From Phoronis australis (taxonomy: Eukaryota; Animalia; Phoronida): a stretch of 64,000 nucleotides of DNA. Of this stretch, positions 23,548-37,500 are shown piece by piece. Under the pieces are notes generated by a model that saw only the letters and a program-made list of their open reading frames with translations, was not told where the DNA came from and did not search any database. Each line of letters opens with the position of its first letter. Position 1 is the first letter of the stretch. Location: NCBI GenBank assembly GCA_002633005.1, contig NMRA01000488.1:160194-224193 (forward strand). Reading direction: 5' to 3'. The position numbers were made by a program, and so were the translations under genes.

Positions 23548-25301
23548 CAGGGCTTGGAATGATCAATGACAAAAAGGAGTTTCCAGGTATCAATCCACAA
23601 ATAAATACACTTGTGTGATATAAATATTTTTGTGTTGTAAAATTTAACTTGAAATGAACATTTTTGCATGATTAATATCAAAATAATGATGAAAAAAAGA
23701 GGAGACTGGAAATCAAATTAGAGGAAAATGAAACCAAAAGAGGAAATCCTCAGAGAGGAAAATTCTAAGCCCTGATGGTCTCTAGTGCATTTGAATTGGT
23801 TAGTTCTTCCCTGTACAGAAATCATCTAAAGAACGTGGCCAATATCAGACCAGAAAGTGGTATAAATCAAACGTAATTAAGTCAATACATGAGGTTCATT
23901 GCCGCTTTAAATTGACGAGAACCTGCCAACATGATATGCTATTATATTCACTATTTGTTTAATGCTTGCTTTAATTACTATTTTCATCATTTGCATATTT
24001 TAAAATAAAAGCAACTTCAATGAGAAAACTTTATATTTTTTTTCAACTAGATAATACAGTTTAAACAAAACAGATGTACAAGAACCACAATTGCTCTCAA
24101 AACTACTGGGACGTCTTGATAACATCAGTTACCTTCATGTGTACCAAAACCTGATGGTAGCAAAACTGGCATAAGCCCGATATAGGTGAAGTGCAAAAAA
24201 CAGTCGGTAAGCGAACTCAGTAAGAGATAGCCAAGACCTGACTTGAATGTACGTGCGACTTGTGCAAGTTACACAGTGACTGTAGTTTGTTTTATGTTAC
24301 AATTTTCTGCATCCCAACAACCACACGCTAATCTGTATTTTTCAACGCTTTGGTGCACTTAATCAAGTCTCCAAAATGCTTTTGATAAAGAGTTTTTGAA
24401 GCAAGCAAAAAATAACGAGACCTCATTTTTACTAGCTTCAGAGATTCCTAACACAGTTTTTTAAAATATGCTGAAGAGATTCCACATCCACGTAGCAAAA
24501 AAATGAATGAAAATCTGAAAAGCACGCGTCTTATGACAAAGATTTCAGATAATCTATGGAGTTCATTAGTGTCTTGTATAACAAAGAGTAACCACGTCAG
24601 TCCCTAATCAGTCTGCTCCTTATATAATACAAAACTGCCATAATTAAAACCTCCAACTTTGTGTTATACCACTTGATTACTACTATATCAGCTACCCTGC
24701 ATGCAACAATTAGATGGAAAGGAAATTAACAAAACTGGTTCAGCTGTTCAGAAAGACAGTTTGCATTGTGCAACATGGTTACAACGTCACTCTTCTTGTT
24801 TGGAGAATTGTTAATGTTGCCCTCATAAAAACTGACAAAAGAGATTCAAAAAAAAGCATTTCAGTAAGTAAAATATGCTAAATTGACCAAAAAATCCCTT
24901 CATAGGTGGTGACCCTTCCTGAAGTCTCTCAAAACCCAACCCTCAACACAGTGTTTGCAAAGCAGTCTCATTTAAAGAGAATTTACATACTGGTACTCCT
25001 AATCCATACGATACGTTGATAACGTGAATTATTGACTACATTCAGGAGAACAACTTCGGACCCCAAATAAAGTTCATGTACTTGAAGAGCCTAAATGTAT
25101 GCCTGTTCCTCAGTACATTCCACCAATGAAAAGAAGGGCCATATTTCACAGCATGGGAACAAAACCATTGACACCATCCTTACAAATATGTCCAAATTCT
25201 ACGCGAGACATCTCGTACCAGGATCTTTATCAAAATTTTCTTCCTATGATAGAACAAAGATCTTGTCAAAACAAAAGCTCTCTAAGGTTGGAGGAGACTT
25301 A

Positions 25302-25548
25302 TCATTTTTCCCCATCCTGAGGTCCCTCCTGTAGTCTCTGTTGCCACCTCTCTGCGAGCAGACTTCTCCTCTTTGCACGGTCGCTACCGGAGGCCAGGGG
25401 GTTAGCAGAACGTAAAACAACTGTGGGTTTCTTTGTGGGCTCAGTAGCAGGTCCATCTACACTATCGGTGTTGGGAACACTTTTCCGAGTTGGTTCTGTA
25501 TTCGCACTCACAGTTACAGGTTGTGGAACTTTGACATCCTTTTGCTTC
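25302..25548 (-). CDS. MISP/AKAP2-like gene, last exon
   Basis: atttgcag|G AAG CAA...AKRRSLLAERWQQRLQEGPQDGEK*. Confidence 0.85.
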
Positions 25549-28500
25549 CTGCAAATATTTTTTAGACATTGTAAGTCAGTAACTAAATGCCCTAAGTGGC
25601 ATATTTTTAACACTGTAAACCGTATCCTTTTATTGACAGCATGGTTTAACAGTAACCACTGCTCTGAAAGCATGGCCACAAACTTGAATACTTAGAGCAC
25701 CTTGAAATAGGTAGAGTAACCTCTTCAACTTGCATCAACAAAATTTATTTAAATTTACAATTTTTTCCTTTCTAGTGGCTGACTAAATTATTATTAAGAC
25801 CCTGGTTAAAAACCATCATTAAAATACAACCAACTTTCCTCACGTGTCCATTTGACCTTTCAATGTAACATTACCACCTTCTTTACCCTTCATTTAAATT
25901 ATAATGAAATTGCTAGACAGCCAACCTGCCTTGGCACTGAAATCACGCAGTGACAAGCAATTTAATTGAGGCCTAGTTTAATTCTTCTCCAGCTTGGAAG
26001 TCATTTCTAATCAGAGTATTAGTATGAGGTTTCAATCAACTGTTGGTTATTGATAGAAGGACCACAAGGTTCGGCGCCCTTTTAAAAAATTCTAGAGTAA
26101 ATTTCCCCAATTTTGTTTCATGAAAGCTGCGTACAAGTCATTCTCGTGACGTTTAATCCCTTTTCTGTGTGTTAAAAATTCTCTGCTAAACTGAAGAACA
26201 AAAAAACCCACATTCAAGCCAGGTATTGAACAATATCACAAAGTTGCAGCAAAAATCACAAATTTTCATTTAATAGATAGCCAGCAGGCCCATGGCCCGC
26301 AACAGGATCAAAGGGTGATTGTTCGCTTTAAATGAGGAAAAGTAGCCGCACTGAGCTTCAGTCAACTATTTTCATGAAAATCATTTTTTATTTGCGAATG
26401 CTTGATTACCTTACAGAAATATTACCAAACGTTGTTTTGTGACATCTAATCTTTACAAAGAGAAGTGATAATAGATTAAAGTTTTATCTTAACTTTTGTT
26501 ATAGAATTTGAGAAAATGCGATTCCATTTCCCCACCATATTGTGAGAAAAATAGCTACAGAATCACCGTAATTTTCAACTCTTAAATAACACACAATGTG
26601 AAACGAAGACTCCGCATGTAGCTTGAAATGTTTCAAGTGCATAGGTACCGAGACCATCCTATTAAACAGTAACCTCAATTATAGACTGCTTTGAACTGTT
26701 CAAAAAACTTCAAACGAGTTCTAGTAAAAAATTTCTCATGACTCACTTCAATTCCTCTTCCCTTTCCTTCAATTCACGGATTTCCTGCTGGATTCTGGAT
26801 TCAGCCTTGAACGATGATCGTCTCATCACAAACTTGTGTCCCTTGCTGAATCCTTCACGTTCTTCCTCCGTGAGTGGACGATTAATGGAGTTCCTTGTAG
26901 CCTCGGCTTTCATAGGAGGTGGATCTCCAGTTTTTACCACTTGGTCTGCAGAAAACTGGTTGGCCTCTTGTATTTCAATGTTCTTTTCCACCGAGGTGAC
27001 ACGATTCAGTTTTACAGGGTCATCACTTTTAGGTTTTGAAGTAGACGTGGCCTGTGGAAACTTGCCGTAAGTAGTAACGACAGGGGATAACGGTTTCTGA
27101 CTTAAAAAGTCAATTTCTCTCCGCTTGTTTTCTCCATCCTTAACAACACAAGATGAGGAAAGCTTCTTCATCAATGTACTGTCCGTTTTTACTGGAGTTG
27201 TCGGTTTCGGGTTATTCTCGCCCTCTGCAAACATATCATCAGACACGTTTTTCCCAGAAATTCCTCGTGCCAGTCTATACTCTTCTTCTCTTTCTTTTGC
27301 GAGCCGTATTTCCCGCTCAATTGGCGTTTCTCTGCGTGTCGTCTCGTGCACCATCTGCTCCTCGGGGTCTTCGAAGGGTTTAACTTTGGGCACGCGTTTC
27401 ACAGGAACGTTATCAGACAGTATTGAGCTGGAGGTACTAGAAGCAGACGACAACATTGAATCCTGGGATGTAGAGCGCTTGAATGGGTTGGGAAGATCTG
27501 CAGAAACAGCTGGGAGAATGTGCGGCTGTTCCGACCTCGGAGTCGAAGCTGGAGACTGGTAACTCTTGTAGCCTGTGCTCGATGTGGATGTGCTGCTAGA
27601 GGTCGAGGATTTGTCAGAACTTGGAACTCTGGGAATACCTTTTGGTCTATTTGACGAGATATCAGTAGCTGCATACGCGTCCAGACTGGACTTTTGCGTC
27701 TGCATCTGTTCTTTCATTCGCTGGAATTCTAATTCTCTTTCTTCGGCCTCTCGCAGTTCACGAGCAATCCGATTCTCTCCTTGGCGCTGTACAGAGCCAC
27801 TCTGCATTTTGATAACGGCCTGGTGTTGAATGACTGGTGGTGGTACTTCGTAGAATTCCGCAACAGATGAACTGTCATCATCTTGACCAATCGAACCGAC
27901 GGGAAGGTTCAACCTCAGATGCTCTTGCCGCATGCGAGCCTCCTTTTCAGCTTGCAAACGAATTTCCCGCTCAATGATGCTCTCATTCGCTGTATCCTCC
28001 TCTTTTTCAGCTTCCATCAAGACAGTCTGTTCCTGTGTCAAAAACACAAAACTTAACTTAAACATCTGCTTTCGTCAAAGATAACACTTAACTCCTTGAA
28101 AATCAGATTCTTCTCCACTAGAACTACTATACATATTGCCCACATATAAAGGATTCTCAACATTTTATTCTTCAGTTGCGCACAATTTTCTTTTTGGTCT
28201 TTTTGGTAAAAAGTGGTATTTCATACAGTTCCTAAGTTTTCACGAAAAAGAAATGATTCCCTAATGCAATACAGCTGAGTGTTACTTTAAACGACTTCCA
28301 AATAAATGTACGTCTTTATCGACAAGATGTTTGTCAGAAAAAATGTTTTCCCTGTCATTGTTTACGCCGCACAACAAGTACCCACACTACGCAAACCCTC
28401 TCACAGAAATTTGCCGACCTCATGTCAATCGATTTCATCACGCGTCATTCTTACAAAACATCTCAAATGTGTTGTAGCTTGTAGCATTGCGACAAATTAG

Positions 28501-31500
28501 GTTTTGTTAATGAAAAAGTCTCACACCATTAAAGCCCAACTTAAACGGAATTTTGTTATTTCAGATGTATTGGGCTAACCAGGTATTTCTAGCAACGTCA
28601 AAAAAGAAAACGCAAATTCAGTCACGTAAATATAGGCCTGTTAAATGACAGGTGAAGCTGCCCTTTTTCGTGCCATATTGCATCACCGCGAGATCCCAGG
28701 TAAAACAACAGAAGACCGAAAACAGTTGTATTGAATATGGGTCTGAATAGAACACCATTGCGTGCGGGTGTTATTCGCAGCTGTTTGAATTAAAAGGTGA
28801 TTCTTGCAGTGATGTGGGCAAGCCAATATGCCTCACACTTTGTTACATTTCACAATTTATGGCATTAGTGGGCTCAGAGCGATGGTCTTAACATACTGTA
28901 GGAACCAAATTTACAGGTGGAACGTGTTAGATAGGCCTTTAACATGGAAGTTAATAGAGATTACAACAGAATAAGAGAGTGGGGGTCAAATGAGCTGGTT
29001 TTTCTGGTGCAACTAGGAGAGTTCAACTAATTACAGCACTTGCAAAATCATAACTTTTAATTTATGATGTATCACGAGATTACTTGCCATTAAAGATTGA
29101 GATCTAAAGATTGCATTTCCAAACACTGACCCACATTACTAGGGTTAATTCTATCAAAGTCACTTCCATGTCAACCAGACATTCGAGATATGTCTCCATT
29201 ACAGTGAGATAACATAGTGCACACCCCTGGCTAACAACTAGTGTTACTATTATGGTAGAACATATAACATATTTTAACAGCAAGTCTCGTTTTGTGCCAT
29301 AATTTTCATCACAAGAAGTTCCGAGATAAAGCCAGTTTAATATTCAAACTGCTGTCTAGGATGGAGTTTAAAGGTAGGCTTACTATTTTTCATAAGGTCT
29401 TAAAGTTGTTTTATCCAAGTTCAAAGTTTGGCAATTTTAGACCACCCAAACGAACAGGCCATCTCAATTAAATAAATGATTTGAAGCCCAAGTCACGGCA
29501 TGAAATCTTGCATGACAGCCAGACACAAAATTCTCACCTTACTTGGCGTCTGCTCCAAGACATGTCCCTTCAACCACTCTTTTTCCCTCATCTCCTGTTT
29601 GCGTATTTCCTGTTCTATGATACTCACACTGAGATCAGCCATGGGGGTTTCCTTCTCGCCCTCAATTATGTCGAAATCAACAACCGATTTTTCCACATCG
29701 GATTTTACCACCAGTTTCTCACGTTCCTTGGTTAATTGTATGTCTTCCTTCACCAAAGAACTATCTTGAACGGAGGAATCTCCAAAACCACTAGGTGGAG
29801 CTACTAAATACTGCGAAGTAATGAGGACTTCGTGTTCTTTATTGTCCAACTGATCTATTGATTTAGCAGGCATGCACTCATAAGAAAGTCTGTTTGTGTC
29901 CATTTCAAGAGGATCTTTATCCCAAATTTTGCCAATTACCACTGCCTTGCCACTCGGTGCATTGTAAGCTGGCTCCTGGATACGGGCTCTTTCCTCCCAC
30001 AAATACTTTGTTGCTGTGCGAACGTCTTGAAGGGAAGTATTATCTACCTCTCCTAAAAAGCAAACAGGCGGTTCATTATGAATACGAATGCATATTTATC
30101 TTCATTATGAGTCAAAAAAAGATTTAAATATCTGACCTTGCTCGTGGAAAATGTTTGGAATTTTTATCAGTGATCAGGGTACACCTTTCAATTCCCATGA
30201 CCCTGGTGGCTGACTGTAAACTATGAATGTTACATAGTACTTCAGAAAAGAGCCCAAAGTTGACTGACTTCTGGTCCTTCTATCCAGGAAATGGTTCGTG
30301 GGATTCGTATGAAACTTTTCATGCTATGCTGTTCTCTAAAACGCAGTTAAGAATTGTATTTAAAATGTTCTACTTTTGCTTGAGGTATTATCAAAAGTGG
30401 GACTAGTATGAATTCTACGAAAAGCTTAAGTCAGAGAGGCACAAAACGAAATGATAGTTGAGATTACATCTGGAACATTTATGTGAGATTTTGATCAAGT
30501 TACAGATATCATTGTTTTGCTATCATTGTACCTTTCTATGTTGTAAAAAATCAAAGTCTATGAGCCTTCCATTTTAAGAATATACAAGAGCAACACGGAG
30601 CATTGAAATGCGCCCACGAATGCATTGCAAATGGTGTGCTTTTAGGGTTATTTATTTGTATCATAAAAATGGCCACTAGCTGGAGCAAAAACATACAATT
30701 AATCCAAAAACAGGAACATGCCATATTTCATAACATCTGTCAAGGAACTTCAGAGAAACAAAGGAAAACAGAATAAAATGAAATTGCCACTAGTGGGCAC
30801 AGTGTCCAGTGGATCTGCCTGAAAGTCGTCGTCTGTAGTTATCTTCATATAAATACACTTACTAAATTAAGTAAAGATCCTGCAGTGGGTTTAGGAGTTA
30901 CAACTATGGGTGCAAAAAAACTACCACTAGGAGGCGCTAAAGTAGTTAGTCACCATCATCAAAGGTCGTCTTCACACTGAGATGCCAAAAACAAGATTTG
31001 AAAACAGCAAAAATGGCCACTAGGTGGTGCAAAATACCTCAATTCCTTCCAAAAACAGGAAGATAGCGTCATCACACGAATAGGTGGCTATGTTTAAAAT
31101 TTTATGAAAATCTGTTGAGGACCTTTGAAGATACAGAGTTAAACTTAAAAAACTAAAATTGCCACTAGGAGGCACAGCAGTAGTCAGATCTGTCCGAAAG
31201 TCATCGCCATCTGTAATCACCATCATATAAATACACTTGCTAAATTAAAAAAAGGTCCTGAGAACGGTTTAGGAGATACAGCCATAGGCGCAAAAAACAA
31301 AACTGCCACTAGGAGGTGCCACAGTAGTCAAAATCGTCGGAAAATCATCGTCAACCGTCCTCTTTTTAGTAAGCACATACATGCCAATTTTCACAATTAT
31401 CCTTTGAGCGGCTTGGTTGATAAGAGGGGTGGACGCAAAAAACACTCGAAAACAGTAAAAATGGCCACTAGGTGGCGCAAACTACGTCGAATCCATCCGA

Positions 31501-34500
31501 AAACGGGAGGATAGCGTCATCTCACTAATAGGTGCCTACATACCAAATTTCATAAAAATCCGTTAAGGATTTTTGAAGATAGAGGTAAACGAAAAAAATA
31601 AACTTGCCACTAGGGGGCACAGCGGTAGTCAGATCCGTTTGAAAGTTGCGTCGTCTGTTGTTAACATCATATAAATATACCTACTAAATTTCGTAAAGAT
31701 CCTGCGAACGATTTAGGAGGTACAGCAATAGGCACAAAAAACAAAACTGCCACTAGGAGGCGCCACAGTAGTCGAAATCGTTGGAAAATCATCGTCAAGC
31801 GTCCTCTTCATAGTAAACACATATATGCCAATTTTCACAATCATTATTTGAGCAGTTTGGTTGATAGAGGGGTGAACGCCAAAAAAAACTCGAAAACAGT
31901 AAAAATGGCCACTACGTGGCGCAAATTACGTCGAATCCATCTGAAAACAAGAGGATAGTTTCACTTTACTAATAGATGCTTTAATTCCAAATTTTATGAA
32001 TGTAAGTCGAGGACTTCCGAAAATATAGAGGTAAGGGCAAAAAACTAAAATTGCCACTAGGGGGCACACCAGTAGTCTGAGAGGTCCCAAATTCGTCTTC
32101 ATTCGTTGTCAGCTTCATAGGAACACAACTGCCACATCTCATCAAGATCCTGTGAGGGATTTAGGAGATACTGCTGTTGACGCCGGACGCCCGGACAGAC
32201 AGAGGTGACAGCAATATGCGAACGCATATAAATATGTGGGCGCATAAAAATGGAGATAATTTCTATACTTTTGTAGATGTTTGGCTAAGACACAGACTTC
32301 ACAATAAGGTCCTCACATAGAGGGACTTATTATTTCCTGAACATTAGTCAAGATAAACAGTTTAGCACATTTTATGGAGGTAAAAAAACTTTCAACACCG
32401 AAAAGAGGCCAATTCCCACAATCAGTAATGTCTACATTTCAGTTATAAATTCAACTACGTTATTGCTATCAAACACACAATAACGAAATAACATAAATCC
32501 TCATGATTTATTGACATGGCCATTATTTTCATGAAAATCAGGCCTAGGCTGTGACTGGTACTGCTGTAATGATTAAAAATGAAGAAAATGGAATTTTGGT
32601 AATTTAGGTCTGACATGTTTTCGATAAGCAATTGTCATATACAAAAAATGAAAGCCAATGCCCATCACGTCTTTGGCATGGAGTGATTGCATCAGAATTT
32701 ATGAACATAGACAGCCAATATTTTCAACATCAAAGCTAGCTCCATATTTTTCAGACAAACATAAGTTAGAATGATTTAATTTTTGAAATTGAAACAAAGA
32801 AGGGCTCATGCAATGACAAAAATCCAGAGACTGTTTCTAGAGGTCACCATGGCACGAAAAGAACGTGATGTAAACTCAGGGATTTAAGAGCCTATTAACA
32901 GCACACTTTTATCACCATGCGAGAAGGCGTGCTGGCCACTGGGGACAGTCCATCATGATCAATTAGCAACATGACATACCATTGTTCAAACGTAGCTGCA
33001 CTCCTTCAGAATACATCAATGTAGAGTGGCACCACTGACAGCATTTACAGTTTTACCAAATTGGAAATTACAATTTAAACAGGTTTATGTTTTCCTCCAA
33101 TATTATGTGACCCCATAAATGCGCATGTGTAATAAATATCTTTTTATTAGCAGTCACATAAGAACCCAATCAACCACACATTGCAGAAACCAGTTTTAAC
33201 AACCATAAAACAGCTTGCGCTATTGAAAAATGAACTCGTCCAAGAAGGACGAGACTTTTATTTGTCAAGTTCACAAAAACTGTTGCATTCACTTGTTTTA
33301 AGGAACTACTGAGAAATCAATGTCATCAACAATAAGTGACAGGATCTCACAACAGGAACAAGAAAAACAATCCAGAGTGTTGAAATGAACCTTGACTACA
33401 TCTCAAACAGTATGCTTCTAGTAATGTTTAACATTAGTGTCATAAAAATAGTCATTAGTTAGGACAGAACACGTCAATCCCATCCGAAACTTGGAAGACA
33501 TCATCAGCTTAATGAAAAAAGTATTTGCTAAATGTTATGAAAATCTGCCACAGAACTCCAAACATGTAGACACAAACATAAAAAATTAAAATGCCACTAG
33601 GGGGCCCTCAGGTAGTCGAATCGGTCCATCTCGTCACTATCCATTGTCATTTTCATCTAAGTCATATTTGCCAAATTTCATTAAGATCTTGAAAGGGGTT
33701 TAGGAGATACAGCAGCAGGCGCCAGACACTAGGATAAAGGTGACAATAAGAACATACATAATGTATCGTGGCTACACAAAAAGGCTGGCGATTCAGAATC
33801 AATACAATCACTTGCCATCACTACCGAATGAACAAATGAAAGCGCTCCGAGGAGCGACACTTGGCGAAATTAACCAAAAAAACCACGTTAGAGATGACCA
33901 GAAAAGACGACGACAGAGATGATGACAAAGATGACAGCTATGACGACGATGGTGGTGATGATGGACAATGCAAGTTACGATATCATTCATATGACGAACG
34001 TAGATGTCAGAAATCCTTAAGAGATAGGCGGGGATTGAAACGGCATATTGTCCGGCGGTCATGTTCAGTCCCCGGCGGTCCTGTTTTGTGGTGGGGCGGT
34101 CATGTTTTAGTTGCGTCAGTCCCATTTTCTGGTGCGATGGTCCCATTTGATCCCCAAAGGTCCTGTTTTGGGTGAGGCGGTCCGATTTAAGAGGACCGGC
34201 GGTCTTGTTGTTTCTCACCCGTGAATCTGTTCGCATAGCAATCGACTCCACAATCTACTATGATGGGTTTAGTTCACTAAAGCTTCAGATGTAAAATTTA
34301 CTTTGTTGAATATATCTATAGTCATTAAGTGTATGTACTCGTGGTTTTATCACCACTATATTTGTGTACGGCGAAATAACTATAAAAACGGACGTTCAAC
34401 AAAAAATGAAAAGCGATATTTAAGAACAGAAAAATTGATGACAATAGCAAATGATACTCAAAAACCCACAGCACTGAGCTTTTACATGATATTTTTGTTT

Positions 34501-37500
34501 CCTGATTTCAGTATCTATCACCAGGGCAAATTCTCATGTCTAGTGTAAACACAGCGAGAGGTGTGTACTAACTGCTACGCGTGCCAGGCTATTTTTTATG
34601 TTTACATCCCTCCCGGTTAGTGCAGTTCAAAGACATTTCAGCCCAGCAAACCATTTACCTGAGCCAAGTAATAGCAATCCGTGCTTAATTACTCCACATG
34701 CCAAGACCTGCCATTGTGAACCTGGCTAATCAGAGAACACTGATTTCCTCTTCATTAGGGAGTATTGTCTCCCGGCAACAAAATGACAGCCCATGGCACA
34801 TGATTCAACCACACAATTATTTTAACTGTTTTCAACAGTCAAGGTGAGAGAGCACCTTCAGAGACATAAACCAGATTATCAAGTAAAACCGGACAATAAT
34901 TAGAAGATAAAGTAAACATCTTATAGCTCACAATTTTGCAGGGGTTGGGGGTACACCAAAACAGAAACCTTGATACCTGAATGACAGTTAACGTGCAAAA
35001 TGAAGAAAGGTTTGGAGCATGTACAAACAAAATTAACACATTTAATATAAAGCCAGTCAGTTTTCAGTCGAGGCTGGTTTCCCAATGGTCAAACCAGGAG
35101 TAAAGACGCAGTGCAACATTCCGTGTAGGTCTGTATTGAAATTTCCAGAGTGTTCACACCAAGTAGTCATTACAGTATCAGAGGTCTAACAGATTCAGAC
35201 CACAGATGGCGTATGTGTTGATCACTTGAAACGAGACCTGGATGAGGGCATGTCTAACGAGACACTCATTCAACCTGCACTGCGTTCGATATACTGGCGT
35301 GTAACTGACCACACGAATTTACATCAAAGTGATGTGAAAATTTTAACACGAAAGACATTTTACAGCAGTGGAGTGAGCTTTCCCACAGAGTTACTCAACT
35401 GGACTAAATTTTACGCTGGTCAAAAAGTTCACGTTCTGAAGAACAGTAAATTTGATACCATAGTAAATCTTAAGTCTTCTAGTAAATGGCAGTTCCCACT
35501 CAAGTTAAGCTGCTTGGATCAGTGAAGAATGTTACACCAGAGAGGTAAAGGTTCAGTGGGAAAGCAGATTGAAGGTGCCTCAAGGTGTACAAGACAACAA
35601 CAACAACATGTTGACTTTCAAGTTATCTTAGATCTGACAATAGGTGCACATGATTAGAAGAGAGCTGATTTCTAAAGGAGAGAAAAAAACAAAGTAATAG
35701 CTATTTTCTGAAGTAACAATAGCTACAACCTACTAATAAGTACCTGTTGAATTGTAACTCGGAGATTACAGCTGGCAAGAAAAGTTGAAACAATTACCCA
35801 TTTGGATATCGTAATTAACACACCTATGACCCAATGTCGAAATCAATAACTTATCCTAAGAAACATTGACAACACTATTCATGCCATGTTAAATCCATTG
35901 TTTAGAGACAACGATTCGCCAATGAAAACAGTTGTTCATTCTCAGGTTAAAACAAAAGCTACATATGACCAAGGGCACCCTATGAAATACTAATGTGGCA
36001 TCTTGGATATACCTACTCGTATTAATCAATCCAAATCTACCAGTATATGAATGTGTGTCTGAAACTTAGTGCGGCAAAATCTCACCAATTTAGGACACAA
36101 TATGGCTGACAGGTGAAAATTTTTTACCAGTTTTTTAATGAAATGTGTGTAGTACAAAACTAAATGCATTTCCATGTACTTTTTTGTAAAGGGACATTTC
36201 TGACCTGTTTTGAACGTGATGATATAAAAGTGTGCCTTTCTTCAAAAAGTTGTGCCCAACAGCCTTAGTGTAATTCAAGTGATAACATATGAAACGGAGC
36301 CCCCCAAGGGCAATCAAAATAAGAACAGAGTTAGGTTCATGTAAAAGTTACATTTTTATTTTAAAATTACAAACAAAAAGGAAATCTAACAAAGACTTCA
36401 AACAGACTGTTCAGCTGTGGTGGAATAAGAACACACTGGCTGTAAGTCGACTAGAATCTTGCATTTTTGGAAGTGTAGCATTAAAAGATACGCCGGGGGG
36501 AGGGGGGGGGGNACTGCTGCAATGTACTTGTGCCTTTTTTAATGCGCTAATGGCACAATAGCGCGATCAGTACCAAAGATACTGTCAGACAACCTTGTGA
36601 AAATTATGGCAATGATGGAAAGACAGTACAAAAAAGCCAGCAATGAAATAATACTACAGGGGTGGGTTGCATAAAACTTCAAAGTTGGATTGTTGCAAGA
36701 TGCCAAGAGCATTGTTTAACAATAACAACCTGGCGCGTGGTAATACGACATCATTGTTGCTAATTTACTGCGTATACCTTTTATGCAACTTGGCCCTGGA
36801 GGGCGACACTTTTCTCAAGTTATGGCAGCTAACGCAAAAAATCATTAAGAAATCAATAGTTAAGACACGACCAGCACGACAATACAAAACAATGGACAAT
36901 GTGCAAGCAACAATGAAAGAAGTTATACAAGTCCAGAAGAGTGGGAAGGGCTTGGTGACAGTTTGTCCTCTCTTTAACCGTACTGGCCATACAAAATACA
37001 GAAATGGCATCACAGTCTAGCTTTTCGCCAAATGGTCAAAAAATTGCCCTTTTAGAATATCAGATTATTAGGCAACATCAGAATAGCATTTGATGACTTT
37101 CAGAGCTAATGCAGCATCAACATAGCATCCTCCTAGGCTCAGACTATTCAGAATCCCTAAGGGGTAATAAAACAATTATCTTCTCAGCCAGGACCATAAA
37201 CCTTTTGATAACAATTGTTTACTTATACAGGCCAACTGGGACAAATACATACCAAGAACAGCGTTCACAAAGAACTGCTTTCACTGACCCATCTGTATGT
37301 GAACCACACCCAAGATTTACAATCACCCCCACTATGCTGACAAGTTACCCATCCAAGCCCAAAATAAGCTGCCCATGAAGAGTAGAGTTGATTGCAACAA
37401 AGAGGATCCATGACAATGAAACTTGAAGGATAATTCAACTACTTAGCTATCGCAAGAAACGTAGGTTTGGAACTGTGTGCAGTCACAAGATCTCACATAT

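Noticed and set aside
29788-29802. CTCF-like CCACTAGGTGGAGC as part of the array
   Set aside because: It lies in a coding exon (APPSG on the minus strand) with no flanking similarity to the repeat monomer; probably coincidental.
30671-32067. CRISPR-like array (short conserved motif with variable spacers)
   Set aside because: The 'spacers' are homologous to one another with a 3-unit period, the context is a eukaryotic intron, and there are no cas genes.
33808-34251. Asp-rich and His-rich ORFs on both strands
   Set aside because: They arise from a (GAY)n simple repeat plus an interspersed repeat also present at 57.7 kb.
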